Below are positions 53,393-62,684 of a stretch of DNA of 64,000 nt, in pieces. Below the pieces are notes generated by a model. That model ran no database searches. It was not told the DNA's origin and saw only the letters and a list, made by a program, of their open reading frames with translations. Origin of the DNA: Clostridiales bacterium Firm_07 (GTDB lineage Bacteria; Bacillota; Clostridia; Oscillospirales; CAG-272); the NCBI GenBank assembly GCA_001604005.1, contig LVAM01000010.1, positions 273,079 through 337,078 on the forward strand, written 5' to 3'. Position 1 is the stretch's first letter. Each line of letters starts with the position of its first letter. Made by a program: the position numbers and the translations under genes.

Positions 53393-54289
53393 ATGAGCAA
53401 ATTGAAACCCACTGTTTTTGAAGGCGCGGCGACCGCGCTGATCACGCCCTTCGCGAACGGTAAAATTGATTTTGACAGTATGGATCGCCTGATCGACGCG
53501 CAGATCGCGGCAGGCATCGACGCGCTGGTCATCGCCGGCACGACCGGAGAGGGCTCTACCCTCTCGCATGAGGAGCACTGCGCGGTGCTCGCGCGCGCGG
53601 TCGAAAAAGTCGCGCACCGCGTGCCGGTCATCGCGGGAACGGGCAGCAACGACACCGCGTACGGCATCGAACTCTCGCGCTATGCCTGCGAGGTAGGCTG
53701 CGACGCGCTGTTGCTCGTCACGCCCTATTACAACAAGGCGACGCCGAAAGGTCTTGTCCAAAACTTTCTCGCCGTTGCCGACGCGACCGACAAACCGATC
53801 GTTCTCTATAACGTTCCCTCCCGCACGGGCGTCAACATTTCTTTGCCGGTTTATAAGGAACTTGCCAAGCACGAGCGTATCGTGGCGGTGAAAGAAGCGT
53901 CGGGCAACCTGTCCGCTATTGCCGAACTGATCGCGGAATGCGGCGATGCGCTTGACGTATATTCCGGCAACGACGATCAGATCGTACCGATTATGGCTCT
54001 GGGCGGCAAAGGCGTGATCTCGGTCTTCTCCGGTATTATGCCCCGCGAAACGCACGAACTTGCCGCCGCGTGCCTTGCCGGCGATTTCAAAACCGGCGCC
54101 GAAATGCAGCTGCGATACCTGAAACTGATGAACGCACTCTTTATGGAAGTCAATCCCGTGCCCGTGAAAGCCGCTTCCGCCTTGATGGGACTTTGCACCG
54201 AGGAGATCCGTCTGCCGCTGTGCGAGATGGAAAGCGAGCACCTTGAAAAACTGAAAGCGGTGCTTCGCGCGTACGGTCTTTTGCGCTGA
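53393..54289 (+). CDS. dapA: 4-hydroxy-tetrahydrodipicolinate synthase
   Basis: IAGTTGEGSTL, YNVPSRTG and the Schiff-base region VAVKEASG are present. Confidence 0.95.
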   Translation: MSKLKPTVFEGAATALITPFANGKIDFDSMDRLIDAQIAAGIDALVIAGTTGEGSTLSHEEHCAVLARAVEKVAHRVPVIAGTGSNDTAYGIELSRYACEVGCDALLLVTPYYNKATPKGLVQNFLAVADATDKPIVLYNVPSRTGVNISLPVYKELAKHERIVAVKEASGNLSAIAELIAECGDALDVYSGNDDQIVPIMALGGKGVISVFSGIMPRETHELAAACLAGDFKTGAEMQLRYLKLMNALFMEVNPVPVKAASALMGLCTEEIRLPLCEMESEHLEKLKAVLRAYGLLR

Positions 54290-54315
54290 AAACGAACAAT
54301 TGAAAGGAAGAAAAA

Positions 54316-55065
54316 ATGGCTGATATTTTGCTTTGCGGTTGCGGTGGCAGAATGGGCAAGGCTCTTGCCGCCGCCGCGGCGCGCTCGGGCGACCGGATCG
54401 TAGCGGGCGTGGACATAGCGCCGACGGAGGGCGGACCTTTCCCCGTCTATGCCTTTCCCGCCGAGTTTTGCGGCAAAGCCGACGTCGTCGTGGATTTTTC
54501 ACACCACAGCGCGCTCGGCGCGATATTGCAATACGCACTTACGCACAGAACACCCGCCGTCATCGCCACTACGGGGCACTCGGAAGAGGAACTTGATCTC
54601 CTGCGGCGCGCCGCCGAGAAAATACCGATCTTTTATTCGCGCAATATGTCGCTCGGCGTCAACCTGCTCATCTCGCTTTGCCGCCGCGCGGCAAGCACGT
54701 TGGGCGAGGATTTTGACGTGGAGATCGTCGAAAAGCATCATAATCAGAAATTAGACGCCCCCAGCGGCACGGCGTTGATGATCGCGGACGCGCTGTCGGA
54801 AGGAGAAAATCGTCCGTACGTTTACGACCGCCACGCCGAGCGGCGCGTGCGGGAACGGGGCGAGATCGGGATCCACTCGGTGCGCGGCGGCACGATCGTG
54901 GGCGAACACGACGTGATCTTTGCCGGCAAGGACGAGGTGCTGACGCTTTCGCACAGCGCCGCCTCGCGCGAAGTTTTCGCCACCGGCGCATTGCGCGCGG
55001 TACACTTTCTCGCGGACAAACCCGCCGGGCTGTACTCGATGCAAGATCTTGTGGATTCGCTTTGA
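54316..55065 (+). CDS. dapB: 4-hydroxy-tetrahydrodipicolinate reductase
   Basis: It has the N-terminal GCGGRMG dinucleotide fold and the motif EKHHNQKLDAPSGTA. Confidence 0.95.
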   Translation: MADILLCGCGGRMGKALAAAAARSGDRIVAGVDIAPTEGGPFPVYAFPAEFCGKADVVVDFSHHSALGAILQYALTHRTPAVIATTGHSEEELDLLRRAAEKIPIFYSRNMSLGVNLLISLCRRAASTLGEDFDVEIVEKHHNQKLDAPSGTALMIADALSEGENRPYVYDRHAERRVRERGEIGIHSVRGGTIVGEHDVIFAGKDEVLTLSHSAASREVFATGALRAVHFLADKPAGLYSMQDLVDSL

Positions 55066-55081
55066 AAATGCGCCCTGCCAC

Positions 55082-55110
55082 TTGACAAACGGCGGGGCGC
55101 GTGGTATGAT
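55082..55110 (+). promoter_or_regulatory. Consensus sigma-A promoter of the TPP riboswitch/thiT unit
   Basis: TTGACA-17 nt-TGgTATGAT. Confidence 0.75.
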
Positions 55111-55114
55111 ATAG

Positions 55115-55252
55115 GAAAATCGGGGGTGCTGCTTGGCGGCTGAGACGGACACACGTCCGAACCCTTACACCTGATACGGATAATGCCGTCGTAGGGAAGA
55201 TGAAATATTTCGTTTCACCGACCGCGCGGAGCATATCCGCGCGGTTTTTTTC
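55115..55252 (+). promoter_or_regulatory. TPP (THI-box) riboswitch with terminator
   Basis: The aptamer blocks GGGGTGC...CTGAGA...ACCCTT..ACCTGATACGGATAATGCCGTCGTAGGGA are visible. The terminator is ACCGCGCGGA-gcata-TCCGCGCGGT followed by TTTTTT (55221-55251). Confidence 0.85.
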
Positions 55253-55263
55253 GGAGGCACTTT

Positions 55264-56112
55264 ATGAAAGAACAAAAAACGAAAATCTCCAAAACCAAAA
55301 CTTTGGTAGAGAGCGCGCTTCTTGTCGCCCTTTCCACCGTGCTTGGACTTTTCCCGCTTTTGCAAATGCCCTACGGCGGCTCGGTCACCTTGGCGGCGAT
55401 GCTGCCGATCTGCATCGCGGCATACCGCCACGGGCTTCTTTGGGGATTTGGATCGGGGCTTGTTTACGGTGTCGTCCAACAACTGCTGGGGCTGAAAAAC
55501 CTCTCGTATTTCTCCACTTGGCAATCGATCCTTGCCGTCATTTTGCTCGATTATCTCCTTGCTTTTGCGGCGGCGGGGCTTGGCGGCATCTTCCGCAACC
55601 GTGTCAAACGGCAAAATGCCGCGCTGTCTCTCGGCGCGCTCACGGCGCTGACGGTACGTTACGTTTTGCATACCGTGTCGGGGGCGACGGTTTGGGCGGG
55701 GCTTTCGATCCCCACCGGCGCGGCACTGATTTACTCCGTCATCTACAACGCGACCTATATGATCCCCGAAACACTTGTCACGGTGCTTGCGGCATATTAT
55801 CTCGGTTCGGTGCTGGACTTCCGCCGCGCATTGCCGGTGCGTATGGCGCAAGGCAACGGGCAATCGCAAAAAAAGGCCGACGCCCTCTTCGCCGCCGCCT
55901 GGTTGCTCGTGACGGGTGCGGGCGTTGCCGACGTTGTGCTGCTTGCGGCGCATATCCAAAACGCGGAAGACGGCACCTTTGCTTTTGCCGCGCTTGCCGT
56001 TCCTTTTCTCGGCAGTTTCTGGATGGCGATCGCCATCGTCAGCTCCCTCGCGCTGATCGGCGCGTGCGTACTCCTTTTGATCCGACAAAAAATCTTGAAA
56101 AAAACGGCGTAA
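55264..56112 (+). CDS. thiT: Thiamine transporter ThiT-like ECF S component with a C-terminal extension
   Basis: It lies directly behind the TPP riboswitch. The N-terminal roughly 190 aa resembles ThiT (LVESALLVALSTVLG..., GGSVTLAAMLPI..., YNATYMIPE). An extra region of about 90 aa carries 2-3 further hydrophobic segments. Confidence 0.75.
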   Translation: MKEQKTKISKTKTLVESALLVALSTVLGLFPLLQMPYGGSVTLAAMLPICIAAYRHGLLWGFGSGLVYGVVQQLLGLKNLSYFSTWQSILAVILLDYLLAFAAAGLGGIFRNRVKRQNAALSLGALTALTVRYVLHTVSGATVWAGLSIPTGAALIYSVIYNATYMIPETLVTVLAAYYLGSVLDFRRALPVRMAQGNGQSQKKADALFAAAWLLVTGAGVADVVLLAAHIQNAEDGTFAFAALAVPFLGSFWMAIAIVSSLALIGACVLLLIRQKILKKTA

Positions 56113-56126
56113 TCCCAAAACACGCC

Positions 56127-56166
56127 GAAAAGGCGGCTCCCCCGATCGGGGGAGCCGCCTTTTTGT
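56127..56166. terminator. Bidirectional intrinsic terminator
   Basis: aaaaGGCGGCTCCCCCGATCGGGGGAGCCGCCttttt lies between convergent thiT and pgsA. Confidence 0.85.
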
Positions 56167-56814
56167 TTACCAGTCGGTGGAGATGAATTTCCAACCGCCC
56201 TTGATGTAATTTGCCCCCGACCATACCGTGAAAAGGAGCATCAGCGCCACCGTGAAGCACGAGAGCGGATAGATCCCCGCAAGCGGGAAATCGTCGGTGA
56301 AAAGACCGATGAGCGCGAAAATGAGGGGCTCGATGAAGAGCGTGCAGATCGACACGATCTGGCACACGGTTTTGATCTTGCCGAGCATATTGGCGGCGAC
56401 AACCTTGCCGCTTGCGTTGACAAGCACGAGCCGAAGCGAAGTGATGGCAAGTTCGCGGAAGATGACAAGCAATACCGCCGCGAAAAAGACGATCCTGAAA
56501 AAGAGAGGATAGGAAACGCCGTACCACGCGGGATTCTGCATTCTGAAAAGGAGTGCCATCATCGTGCCGATCACCATAAACTTGTCGGCGACGGGATCCA
56601 TAAACTTGCCGAAATTGGTGATGAGGTTGCGCGCGCGGGCGATCTTTCCGTCCAGCATATCGGTCAGCGAGGTAAAGATAAAAAGTACGAGTCCCACACC
56701 GTAAGCGATCTGCCACGGAATCAGTGACACGGGCAGCAGCAAAAAGACCGTCATCACAGGGACAAGGCAGAGCCGCCACATCGTCAGTTTGTTGGGTAAA
56801 TTCATTTTCGTCAT
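56167..56814 (-). CDS. pgsA: CDP-diacylglycerol--glycerol-3-phosphate 3-phosphatidyltransferase
   Basis: The CDP-alcohol phosphotransferase motif DMLDGKIARARNLITNFGKFMDPVADK is present. The ATG at 56814 follows GGAGG and overlaps the rimO stop. Confidence 0.9.
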   Translation of the reverse strand: MTKMNLPNKLTMWRLCLVPVMTVFLLLPVSLIPWQIAYGVGLVLFIFTSLTDMLDGKIARARNLITNFGKFMDPVADKFMVIGTMMALLFRMQNPAWYGVSYPLFFRIVFFAAVLLVIFRELAITSLRLVLVNASGKVVAANMLGKIKTVCQIVSICTLFIEPLIFALIGLFTDDFPLAGIYPLSCFTVALMLLFTVWSGANYIKGGWKFISTDW

Positions 56815-58166
56815 TGCGCGCCTCCGTTCAAAATGGCAGTGCCGTACAGGTCATAATCAAGGACTTCCGTAACTTTGACAGCCACGAAAGAGCCGGGCGC
56901 CACCCGATATTTGGATTTGAAATATACTTTGCCGTCGATCTCCGGCGCGTCCGCCGCCGAGCGCCCGTAATGTGCCTCGCTGACGGGATCGTATCCTTCG
57001 GTCAACACCGTTATGGTCTTTCCTACTTTTTCGGCGTTCGCCGCCGCGTTGATCTCCATTTGCGCCTTCATCAAAATGTCGGCGCGGTCGATCTTCGTTT
57101 GCTCCTCGATCTGCTCCGGAAGCCGCGCGGCGGGTGTGCCTTCTTCCGCCGAATAGGGAAAAACGCCGAGTCGGTCAAATTTGGTCTCTTCGGCGAAACG
57201 GCACAGTTCCTCGAAATCTTCCTCGGTCTCACCGGGAAAACCGGTGATAAAGGTGGTGCGAAGCACGACGCCCGGTATCTCCCGACGGAGTTTGGCGATC
57301 ACCCCACGGATCATCGCGCCGTCGCCGTGGCGGTTCATTGCCCGCAGAACTCGGTCGGAAATGTGTTGGAGCGGAATGTCGATATATTTGACCACGCGGT
57401 CATTGTCCCGTATCTCGGCGATCAATTCGTCGGTGATCTTGTCGGGATAGCAGTAAAGCAATCGGAACCACGGGATCGAAGTTTCGCGCGTCAAGCGGCG
57501 CAAAAGTTCGGCAAGACGGTAGGAACCGTAAAGATCCTCGCCGTAGCGCGTGATGTCCTGCGCCACCAGCGTAAGTTCTTTGACGCCAAGCGCTTCGAGA
57601 TCCTTTGCTTCTTTTATGAGATCTTCGATGGGACGACTGCGAAAACGGCCGCGGATCATCGGTATGGCGCAATACGTACAGCGATTGTCGCACCCTTCGG
57701 CAATTTTCAGATACGCCGCAAATTCCGGCGTGGTAAGTATGCGGTCGCCGCCGAGACGCACCGTGTTTTTATCCTCAAACGAAGCGTATTTCGGGATCTT
57801 TTTATCGGAAAGGCGTTTTTCCACGCTCCTCACGGCTTCCACAATGTGATGGATACTGCCCACGCCGAGAAGTGCGTCCACTTCCGGCATTTCGGCAAAA
57901 ACCTCTTCCCGATACCGTTCGGCAAGACAGCCCGTGACGATGATGGCGCGGAGTTTGGCGTGCTCTTTGAGCCAAGCAATATCCAAAATGTTGTCGATCG
58001 CCTCTTTTTTGGCGCTCTCGATAAAAGCGCAGGTGTTGATGACGACGATATCCGCCTCTGTCTCCTCGGGCGTGATCTCGTATCCCGCCGCCGACAATTC
58101 GTGCAACATCACTTCGGTGTCCAGTTGATTCTTCGGGCAACCGAGCGATACAAAACCGATCTTCAT
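56811..58166 (-). CDS. rimO: Ribosomal protein S12 methylthiotransferase
   Basis: It has the N-terminal MKIGFVSLGCPKNQLD, the radical-SAM CDNRCTYCAIP motif and a C-terminal TRAM-like domain. The ATG is at 58166. Confidence 0.95.
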   Translation of the reverse strand: MKIGFVSLGCPKNQLDTEVMLHELSAAGYEITPEETEADIVVINTCAFIESAKKEAIDNILDIAWLKEHAKLRAIIVTGCLAERYREEVFAEMPEVDALLGVGSIHHIVEAVRSVEKRLSDKKIPKYASFEDKNTVRLGGDRILTTPEFAAYLKIAEGCDNRCTYCAIPMIRGRFRSRPIEDLIKEAKDLEALGVKELTLVAQDITRYGEDLYGSYRLAELLRRLTRETSIPWFRLLYCYPDKITDELIAEIRDNDRVVKYIDIPLQHISDRVLRAMNRHGDGAMIRGVIAKLRREIPGVVLRTTFITGFPGETEEDFEELCRFAEETKFDRLGVFPYSAEEGTPAARLPEQIEEQTKIDRADILMKAQMEINAAANAEKVGKTITVLTEGYDPVSEAHYGRSAADAPEIDGKVYFKSKYRVAPGSFVAVKVTEVLDYDLYGTAILNGGAQ

Positions 58167-58197
58167 AGTTCTCGCCTTTCTGTAAACACTACGTATA

Positions 58198-58226
58198 TCA
58201 TAACACACGAAAAATCGCTTGTCAAG
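58198..58226 (-). promoter_or_regulatory. Sigma-A-type promoter of rimO-pgsA
   Basis: On the minus strand: TTGACA-17 nt-TGtTATGAT. Confidence 0.7.
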
Positions 58227-58315
58227 CGCGTGAGCGCGCGTGGGCGCGACTTTTGAGGACGGCGGCGCGATCGCCGCCGCGCGGGGCGGGCTTGACGGGA
58301 AAACGGGGAGAGGCA

Positions 58316-59191
58316 ATGTCGGCAAAAACACGTTTCCGCATACGGACAAGATATCTTTTATGGCTGCTTTTCTCGGCGGGGTTTTTGATTTTGCCCCTGC
58401 CGCTTGCCGCATCGCTGCCACTCTTTCCCGCCGCCGTATCGTTGATCGCCTTTGTGCTTGTCTTTCTTGCCTTTCGCCTGCCGCCACTGCTCGTCAGCGC
58501 GAAAAAGGCGGCGGACGGTGCGCGTTTTTCGCGCTTTTCTCTGCTTTTCGTATTGCTTTTCGATCTCGCTTACGCCGCCTTTCGTCTTCTTCTCGGCGTG
58601 CGCACGCGCTCTCTCTGGTTTTGCGCCGAAGCGGTCTATTACGCCGTACAGGCGGCGTTTCGCACGGGACTTGCGGAAGATGAGCGCGCCGCGCGAGGAA
58701 AAGAAGAACCCGCGGGCGCCGCGCTCCTTGCGTGGCAAACGTACAGACAAGGCGGCGAAATTCTCTTTTTCCTCTCGACCGTGATGGGCGGCATCGTGAT
58801 CCTTGTATTGCGGGAAGAGCGCACGCACCCGTATCCGAACGCCGTCGTCATCGCCGCCGTGCTGTGGGCGGCAACGCGCGCGTTTTTGACGCTCTTCTCG
58901 CTCCTGCGTTTGGGCAAAAAGGGGCATACCGTGCTCTCTTTTTCCAAACTTCTCTCCTTTGACACCACGCTCCTCTCGCTTTTCTCCCTGCAAGTCACGC
59001 TGCTTTCCCGCTTTGGCGCGGGGGTGCGCCATCGGCAAACCCTCAATCTTCTGTGCGGCGGCGCCGTGGTTTTTCTCTCGCTTCTCCTCAGCGTAACATC
59101 GCGCATACGCGGCGCCTCGATGGTGCGGCGCATATCGGGCAAGTGTGCCGAAACGAAAAAGGAATCCCACAGCGGGGATCCCTTTAACTGA
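58316..59191 (+). CDS. Hypothetical polytopic membrane protein
   Basis: The ATG at 58316 follows GGGGAGAGG. It has about 6-7 hydrophobic segments and no recognisable motif. Confidence 0.55.
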   Translation: MSAKTRFRIRTRYLLWLLFSAGFLILPLPLAASLPLFPAAVSLIAFVLVFLAFRLPPLLVSAKKAADGARFSRFSLLFVLLFDLAYAAFRLLLGVRTRSLWFCAEAVYYAVQAAFRTGLAEDERAARGKEEPAGAALLAWQTYRQGGEILFFLSTVMGGIVILVLREERTHPYPNAVVIAAVLWAATRAFLTLFSLLRLGKKGHTVLSFSKLLSFDTTLLSLFSLQVTLLSRFGAGVRHRQTLNLLCGGAVVFLSLLLSVTSRIRGASMVRRISGKCAETKKESHSGDPFN

Positions 59192-59211
59192 TCGAGATCG
59201 CACGGCGCGCG

Positions 59212-60213
59212 TCAGGCGCGGGGCACGAAACCGAGTTTTTTCTGCACTTTGGAAAGCGTGCGGCGCGCGACGTACGCCGCCTCGTCCGCTCCCTTTTTCA
59301 TCTGCGCTTCGAGATAGGCCTTGTCGGCAAGCAGTTCGCCGAAGCGCGTGCGCACGGGGGTGAGCGCGTCGGCGGTCACTTCCCCGACGGCGGCTTTGAA
59401 ATCGCCGTACCCTTTCCCCGCAAACTCGCGCTCGATCTCTTCCATCGTCTTACCCGTAAAGCAGGCGTAGATCGTCATCAAGTTGTTGATGCCGTCCTTG
59501 CCCTCGGCAAAGCGAACCACCGTGTCGGAGTCGGTCACGGCGCGGCGGAATTTGCGAATGATCGTGTCGCGATCGTCCAGAATATACACCACCGCATTGG
59601 GGTTTTCGTCGGATTTGCTCATCTTTTTGGCGGGCTCGGCAAGCGACATAATCTTTTTGCCGTTCTCCGCGATCATCGGCTGCGGCACGGTAAACGTGCC
59701 GGGGAAAACCTGATTGAAGCGCTCGGCAACGTCGCGGCAGAGTTCGACGTGCTGTTTTTGATCCACGCCGACCGGCACGACGTCAGTCTGATAAAGCAGA
59801 ATGTCGGAAGCCATCAGCACGGGATAAGTGAAAAGCCCGGCGTTGATATTGTCGGCGTGCCTCGCGCTCTTGTCCTTGAACTGCGTCATACGGGAAAGCT
59901 CCCCGAACATCGTAAAACAGTTGAGAATCCACGCAAGTTCCGCGTGCGCGGGGACGTGAGACTGCACGTAGAGTGTATTCTTGTCGGGATCAAGCCCGCA
60001 CGCGATGTAGAGCGCCAGCGTCTCGAACGTGCGGCGGCGCAATTCCGCGGGCTCTTGCCGCACGGTGATCGCGTGTTCGTCCACCACACAATAAAAGCAC
60101 TTATAGGCTTCGCTGTACGCGGAAAAATTCCGCAGAGCGCCGAGATAGTTGCCGATGGTGAGATTGCCGCTGGGCTGAACGCCCGAAAAACACACTTTTT
60201 GATCGTTGAGCAT
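59212..60213 (-). CDS. trpS: Tryptophan--tRNA ligase
   Basis: FSGVQPSGNLTIGNYLGA (HIGH region) and KMSKSD are present. The ATG at 60213 follows GAAAGG; the track start is a TTG. Confidence 0.95.
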   Translation of the reverse strand: MLNDQKVCFSGVQPSGNLTIGNYLGALRNFSAYSEAYKCFYCVVDEHAITVRQEPAELRRRTFETLALYIACGLDPDKNTLYVQSHVPAHAELAWILNCFTMFGELSRMTQFKDKSARHADNINAGLFTYPVLMASDILLYQTDVVPVGVDQKQHVELCRDVAERFNQVFPGTFTVPQPMIAENGKKIMSLAEPAKKMSKSDENPNAVVYILDDRDTIIRKFRRAVTDSDTVVRFAEGKDGINNLMTIYACFTGKTMEEIEREFAGKGYGDFKAAVGEVTADALTPVRTRFGELLADKAYLEAQMKKGADEAAYVARRTLSKVQKKLGFVPRA

Positions 60214-60217
60214 CGTA

Positions 60218-61438
60218 TCATTCCTTTCGGGCAAGCCGTGCGCGAAGCAATTTGCCGAGCCGCGCGATGCCCTCTTTGATATTGTCGTCTGTGGGGGTGG
60301 AATAATTGAGCCGGAACGAGCAACAGGGCTTTTCCGGCCACGCCGAAAAGGTGTTTCCCGGCACCACCGCCACTTTTTCCCGCATTGCCGCCGCCGCGAA
60401 ATCCAGCGCGTCCTCTCCCTTGGGCATCGTGCAATACAGGAAAAGTCCCCCTTCGGGGTGCGTTACCTCGATTTCGGCGGGAAAATGACGGGCGATCTCT
60501 TCCGACATCAACGCACACTTGCGCCGATAGATCGCTTGGATATCCCGAATGTGCCCGTCAAGATCGCACTCGGTCATATAGCGGTAGCAAAGCATCTGAA
60601 AGAAAAGATTGCTGTGCACGTCTTCGCACTGCTTGCCGGTCGCCATTTTTGTCATCAGCGGCGCGGGCGCCGACACGAAACCGACGCGCATACCCGCCGA
60701 GAGGATCTTGGAAAACGAAGAACAGTATATGACATTTCCCTCGGTATCCATACTTTTGATGGTGGGAATATCTTTACCGGCAAAACGCAACTCGCCGTAA
60801 GGATCGTCCTCCAAAATGATGAGGCCGCGCCGTTGGGCGATTTCCAGAACCCGGCGGCGCTTTTCAAGACTCATCGTGCGACCGCTCGGATTTTGAAAAT
60901 TGGGGATCAGATAAAGCAGTTTCACGCGCGGATCGGCGTCAAGCGCCGCTTCAAGCGCCGCGGGCGAGAGCCCGTCCTCCTCGGTCTCGATCCCGCACGG
61001 GATCGCGCCCAGCGACCGGAAAGCGTTGAGCGCGCCGATAAAGGTCGGCTCCTCCGAAAGCACCGTATCGCCGCGATTGCACAGTACGCGCGCGGCAAGT
61101 TCAATGCCCTGTTGTCCCCCCGAAACGATCATCACTTCATCGTCAAAGGCGTCGCCCCGCGCGCGGGACTTTCCGATGCCGCGCCGCGCAAGGAGCCACT
61201 CCGAGAGCGCCGCGCGAAGCGGCGCATACCCTTCGGTGATGCCGTATTGCAGGGCGGCGGCACTCTCGTGCGCGAAAATATCGGCGGCAAGGCGGGAAAG
61301 TTCCTGTGCCGGAAAAGACTCCGCGGCGGGATTCCCCGCCGCAAAAGAGATCATATCGGGGTCCGAGAGACTTTTGAAGATCTCACGAATGGCGGAGGGT
61401 TTGAGCGCCGCCATATTTTCCGAAAAACGGTATTCCAT
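60218..61438 (-). CDS. PLP-dependent aminotransferase (class I/II fold)
   Basis: KPSAIREIF, AAGNPA and the PLP-lysine motif SFSKILSAGMRVG are present. Confidence 0.85.
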   Translation of the reverse strand: MEYRFSENMAALKPSAIREIFKSLSDPDMISFAAGNPAAESFPAQELSRLAADIFAHESAAALQYGITEGYAPLRAALSEWLLARRGIGKSRARGDAFDDEVMIVSGGQQGIELAARVLCNRGDTVLSEEPTFIGALNAFRSLGAIPCGIETEEDGLSPAALEAALDADPRVKLLYLIPNFQNPSGRTMSLEKRRRVLEIAQRRGLIILEDDPYGELRFAGKDIPTIKSMDTEGNVIYCSSFSKILSAGMRVGFVSAPAPLMTKMATGKQCEDVHSNLFFQMLCYRYMTECDLDGHIRDIQAIYRRKCALMSEEIARHFPAEIEVTHPEGGLFLYCTMPKGEDALDFAAAAMREKVAVVPGNTFSAWPEKPCCSFRLNYSTPTDDNIKEGIARLGKLLRARLARKE

Positions 61439-61442
61439 AAAA

Positions 61443-62663
61443 TCAGCGCAAAACCACCTTGCGGTAGTTTTTCTTACCGCGCCGCAAAAGTTTCCCTTCG
61501 GCAAACTCCGACGCCGCAAAGACTTTTTTCACATCGGTCACCTTTTCGCCGTCCACCGTGGCGCCGCCCTGTTCCACCGTGCGGCGCGCCTCGGATTTGG
61601 AGGCGACAAGCCCGCTTTTCGCAAACAGCGAAAGCACGTCGATCACGCCGTCGGTAAAGTCGGCGGCGGAAAGTTCCACCACCGGCGCGTCGGCGCTGTC
61701 TCCCGCGCCGAAAAGGGCGCGCGCGGCGTCTTCGGCTTTTTTCGCCTCTTCTTCGCCGTGCACGAGTTTGGTCAGTTCAAACGCGAGAATTTCTTTGGCA
61801 CGGTTGAGCTGCTCGCCCTGCCACTTGTCCATCTCGTTGATCTCGTCCAGCGGCAAAAACGTCAGCATACGAATGCATTTGAGCACGTCGGCGTCTCCGA
61901 CGTTGCGCCAATATTGATAAAAATCGAAAGGCGACGTCTTGTTCGGATCCAGCCACACGGCGCCATTTGCCGTTTTTCCCATTTTTTTGCCCTCGGAGTT
62001 GAGAAGCAAGGTGATGGTCATCGCATAGGCGTCTTTGCCGAGTTTCTTGCGGATCAGTTCGGTGCCGCCCAGCATATTCGACCACTGGTCGTCCCCGCCG
62101 AACTGCATATTGCAACCGTACTTTTGGTAGAGGTAGTAAAAGTCGTAGGACTGCATAATCATATAGTTGAATTCCAGGAACGAGAGCCCTTTTTCCATGC
62201 GCTGTTTGTAGCACTCCGCCGCCAGCATTTTGTTGACCGAAAAACAGGCGCCCACTTCGCGCAGCAGCGAAACGTAATTGAGATCAAGCAGCCAGTCGGC
62301 ATTGTTGACCATCAGGGCTTTGCCCTCGCCGAAGTCGATAAAGCGTTCCATTTGGCGCTTGAAACATTCGCAGTTATGGCGTATGGTCTCGGGCGTCATC
62401 ACGGCGCGCAGGTCGCTCCTGCCCGAAGGGTCTCCGATATGTCCCGTGCCGCCGCCCACCAACACGATGGGGCGGTTGCCCGCCATTTGCAGCCGTTTCA
62501 TCAGGCAAAGCGCCATAAAGTGTCCCACGTGAAGCGAATCCGCCGTCGGATCGAACCCGATATAAAAGGTGGCTTTGCCGTTGTTGACGAGTTCCCGAAT
62601 TTCACTTTCATCGGTCACCTGCGCGATCAGCCCGCGCGCCACCAATTCTTCATAGATTTGCAT
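61443..62663 (-). CDS. tyrS: Tyrosine--tRNA ligase
   Basis: [14 protein letters not shown] (HIGH), KMGKT (KMSKS) and a C-terminal S4 domain are present. The RBS AAGGAG lies upstream. Confidence 0.95.
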   Translation of the reverse strand: MQIYEELVARGLIAQVTDESEIRELVNNGKATFYIGFDPTADSLHVGHFMALCLMKRLQMAGNRPIVLVGGGTGHIGDPSGRSDLRAVMTPETIRHNCECFKRQMERFIDFGEGKALMVNNADWLLDLNYVSLLREVGACFSVNKMLAAECYKQRMEKGLSFLEFNYMIMQSYDFYYLYQKYGCNMQFGGDDQWSNMLGGTELIRKKLGKDAYAMTITLLLNSEGKKMGKTANGAVWLDPNKTSPFDFYQYWRNVGDADVLKCIRMLTFLPLDEINEMDKWQGEQLNRAKEILAFELTKLVHGEEEAKKAEDAARALFGAGDSADAPVVELSAADFTDGVIDVLSLFAKSGLVASKSEARRTVEQGGATVDGEKVTDVKKVFAASEFAEGKLLRRGKKNYRKVVLR

Positions 62664-62684
62664 ATTGCAAGAGCTCCTTGTGTC

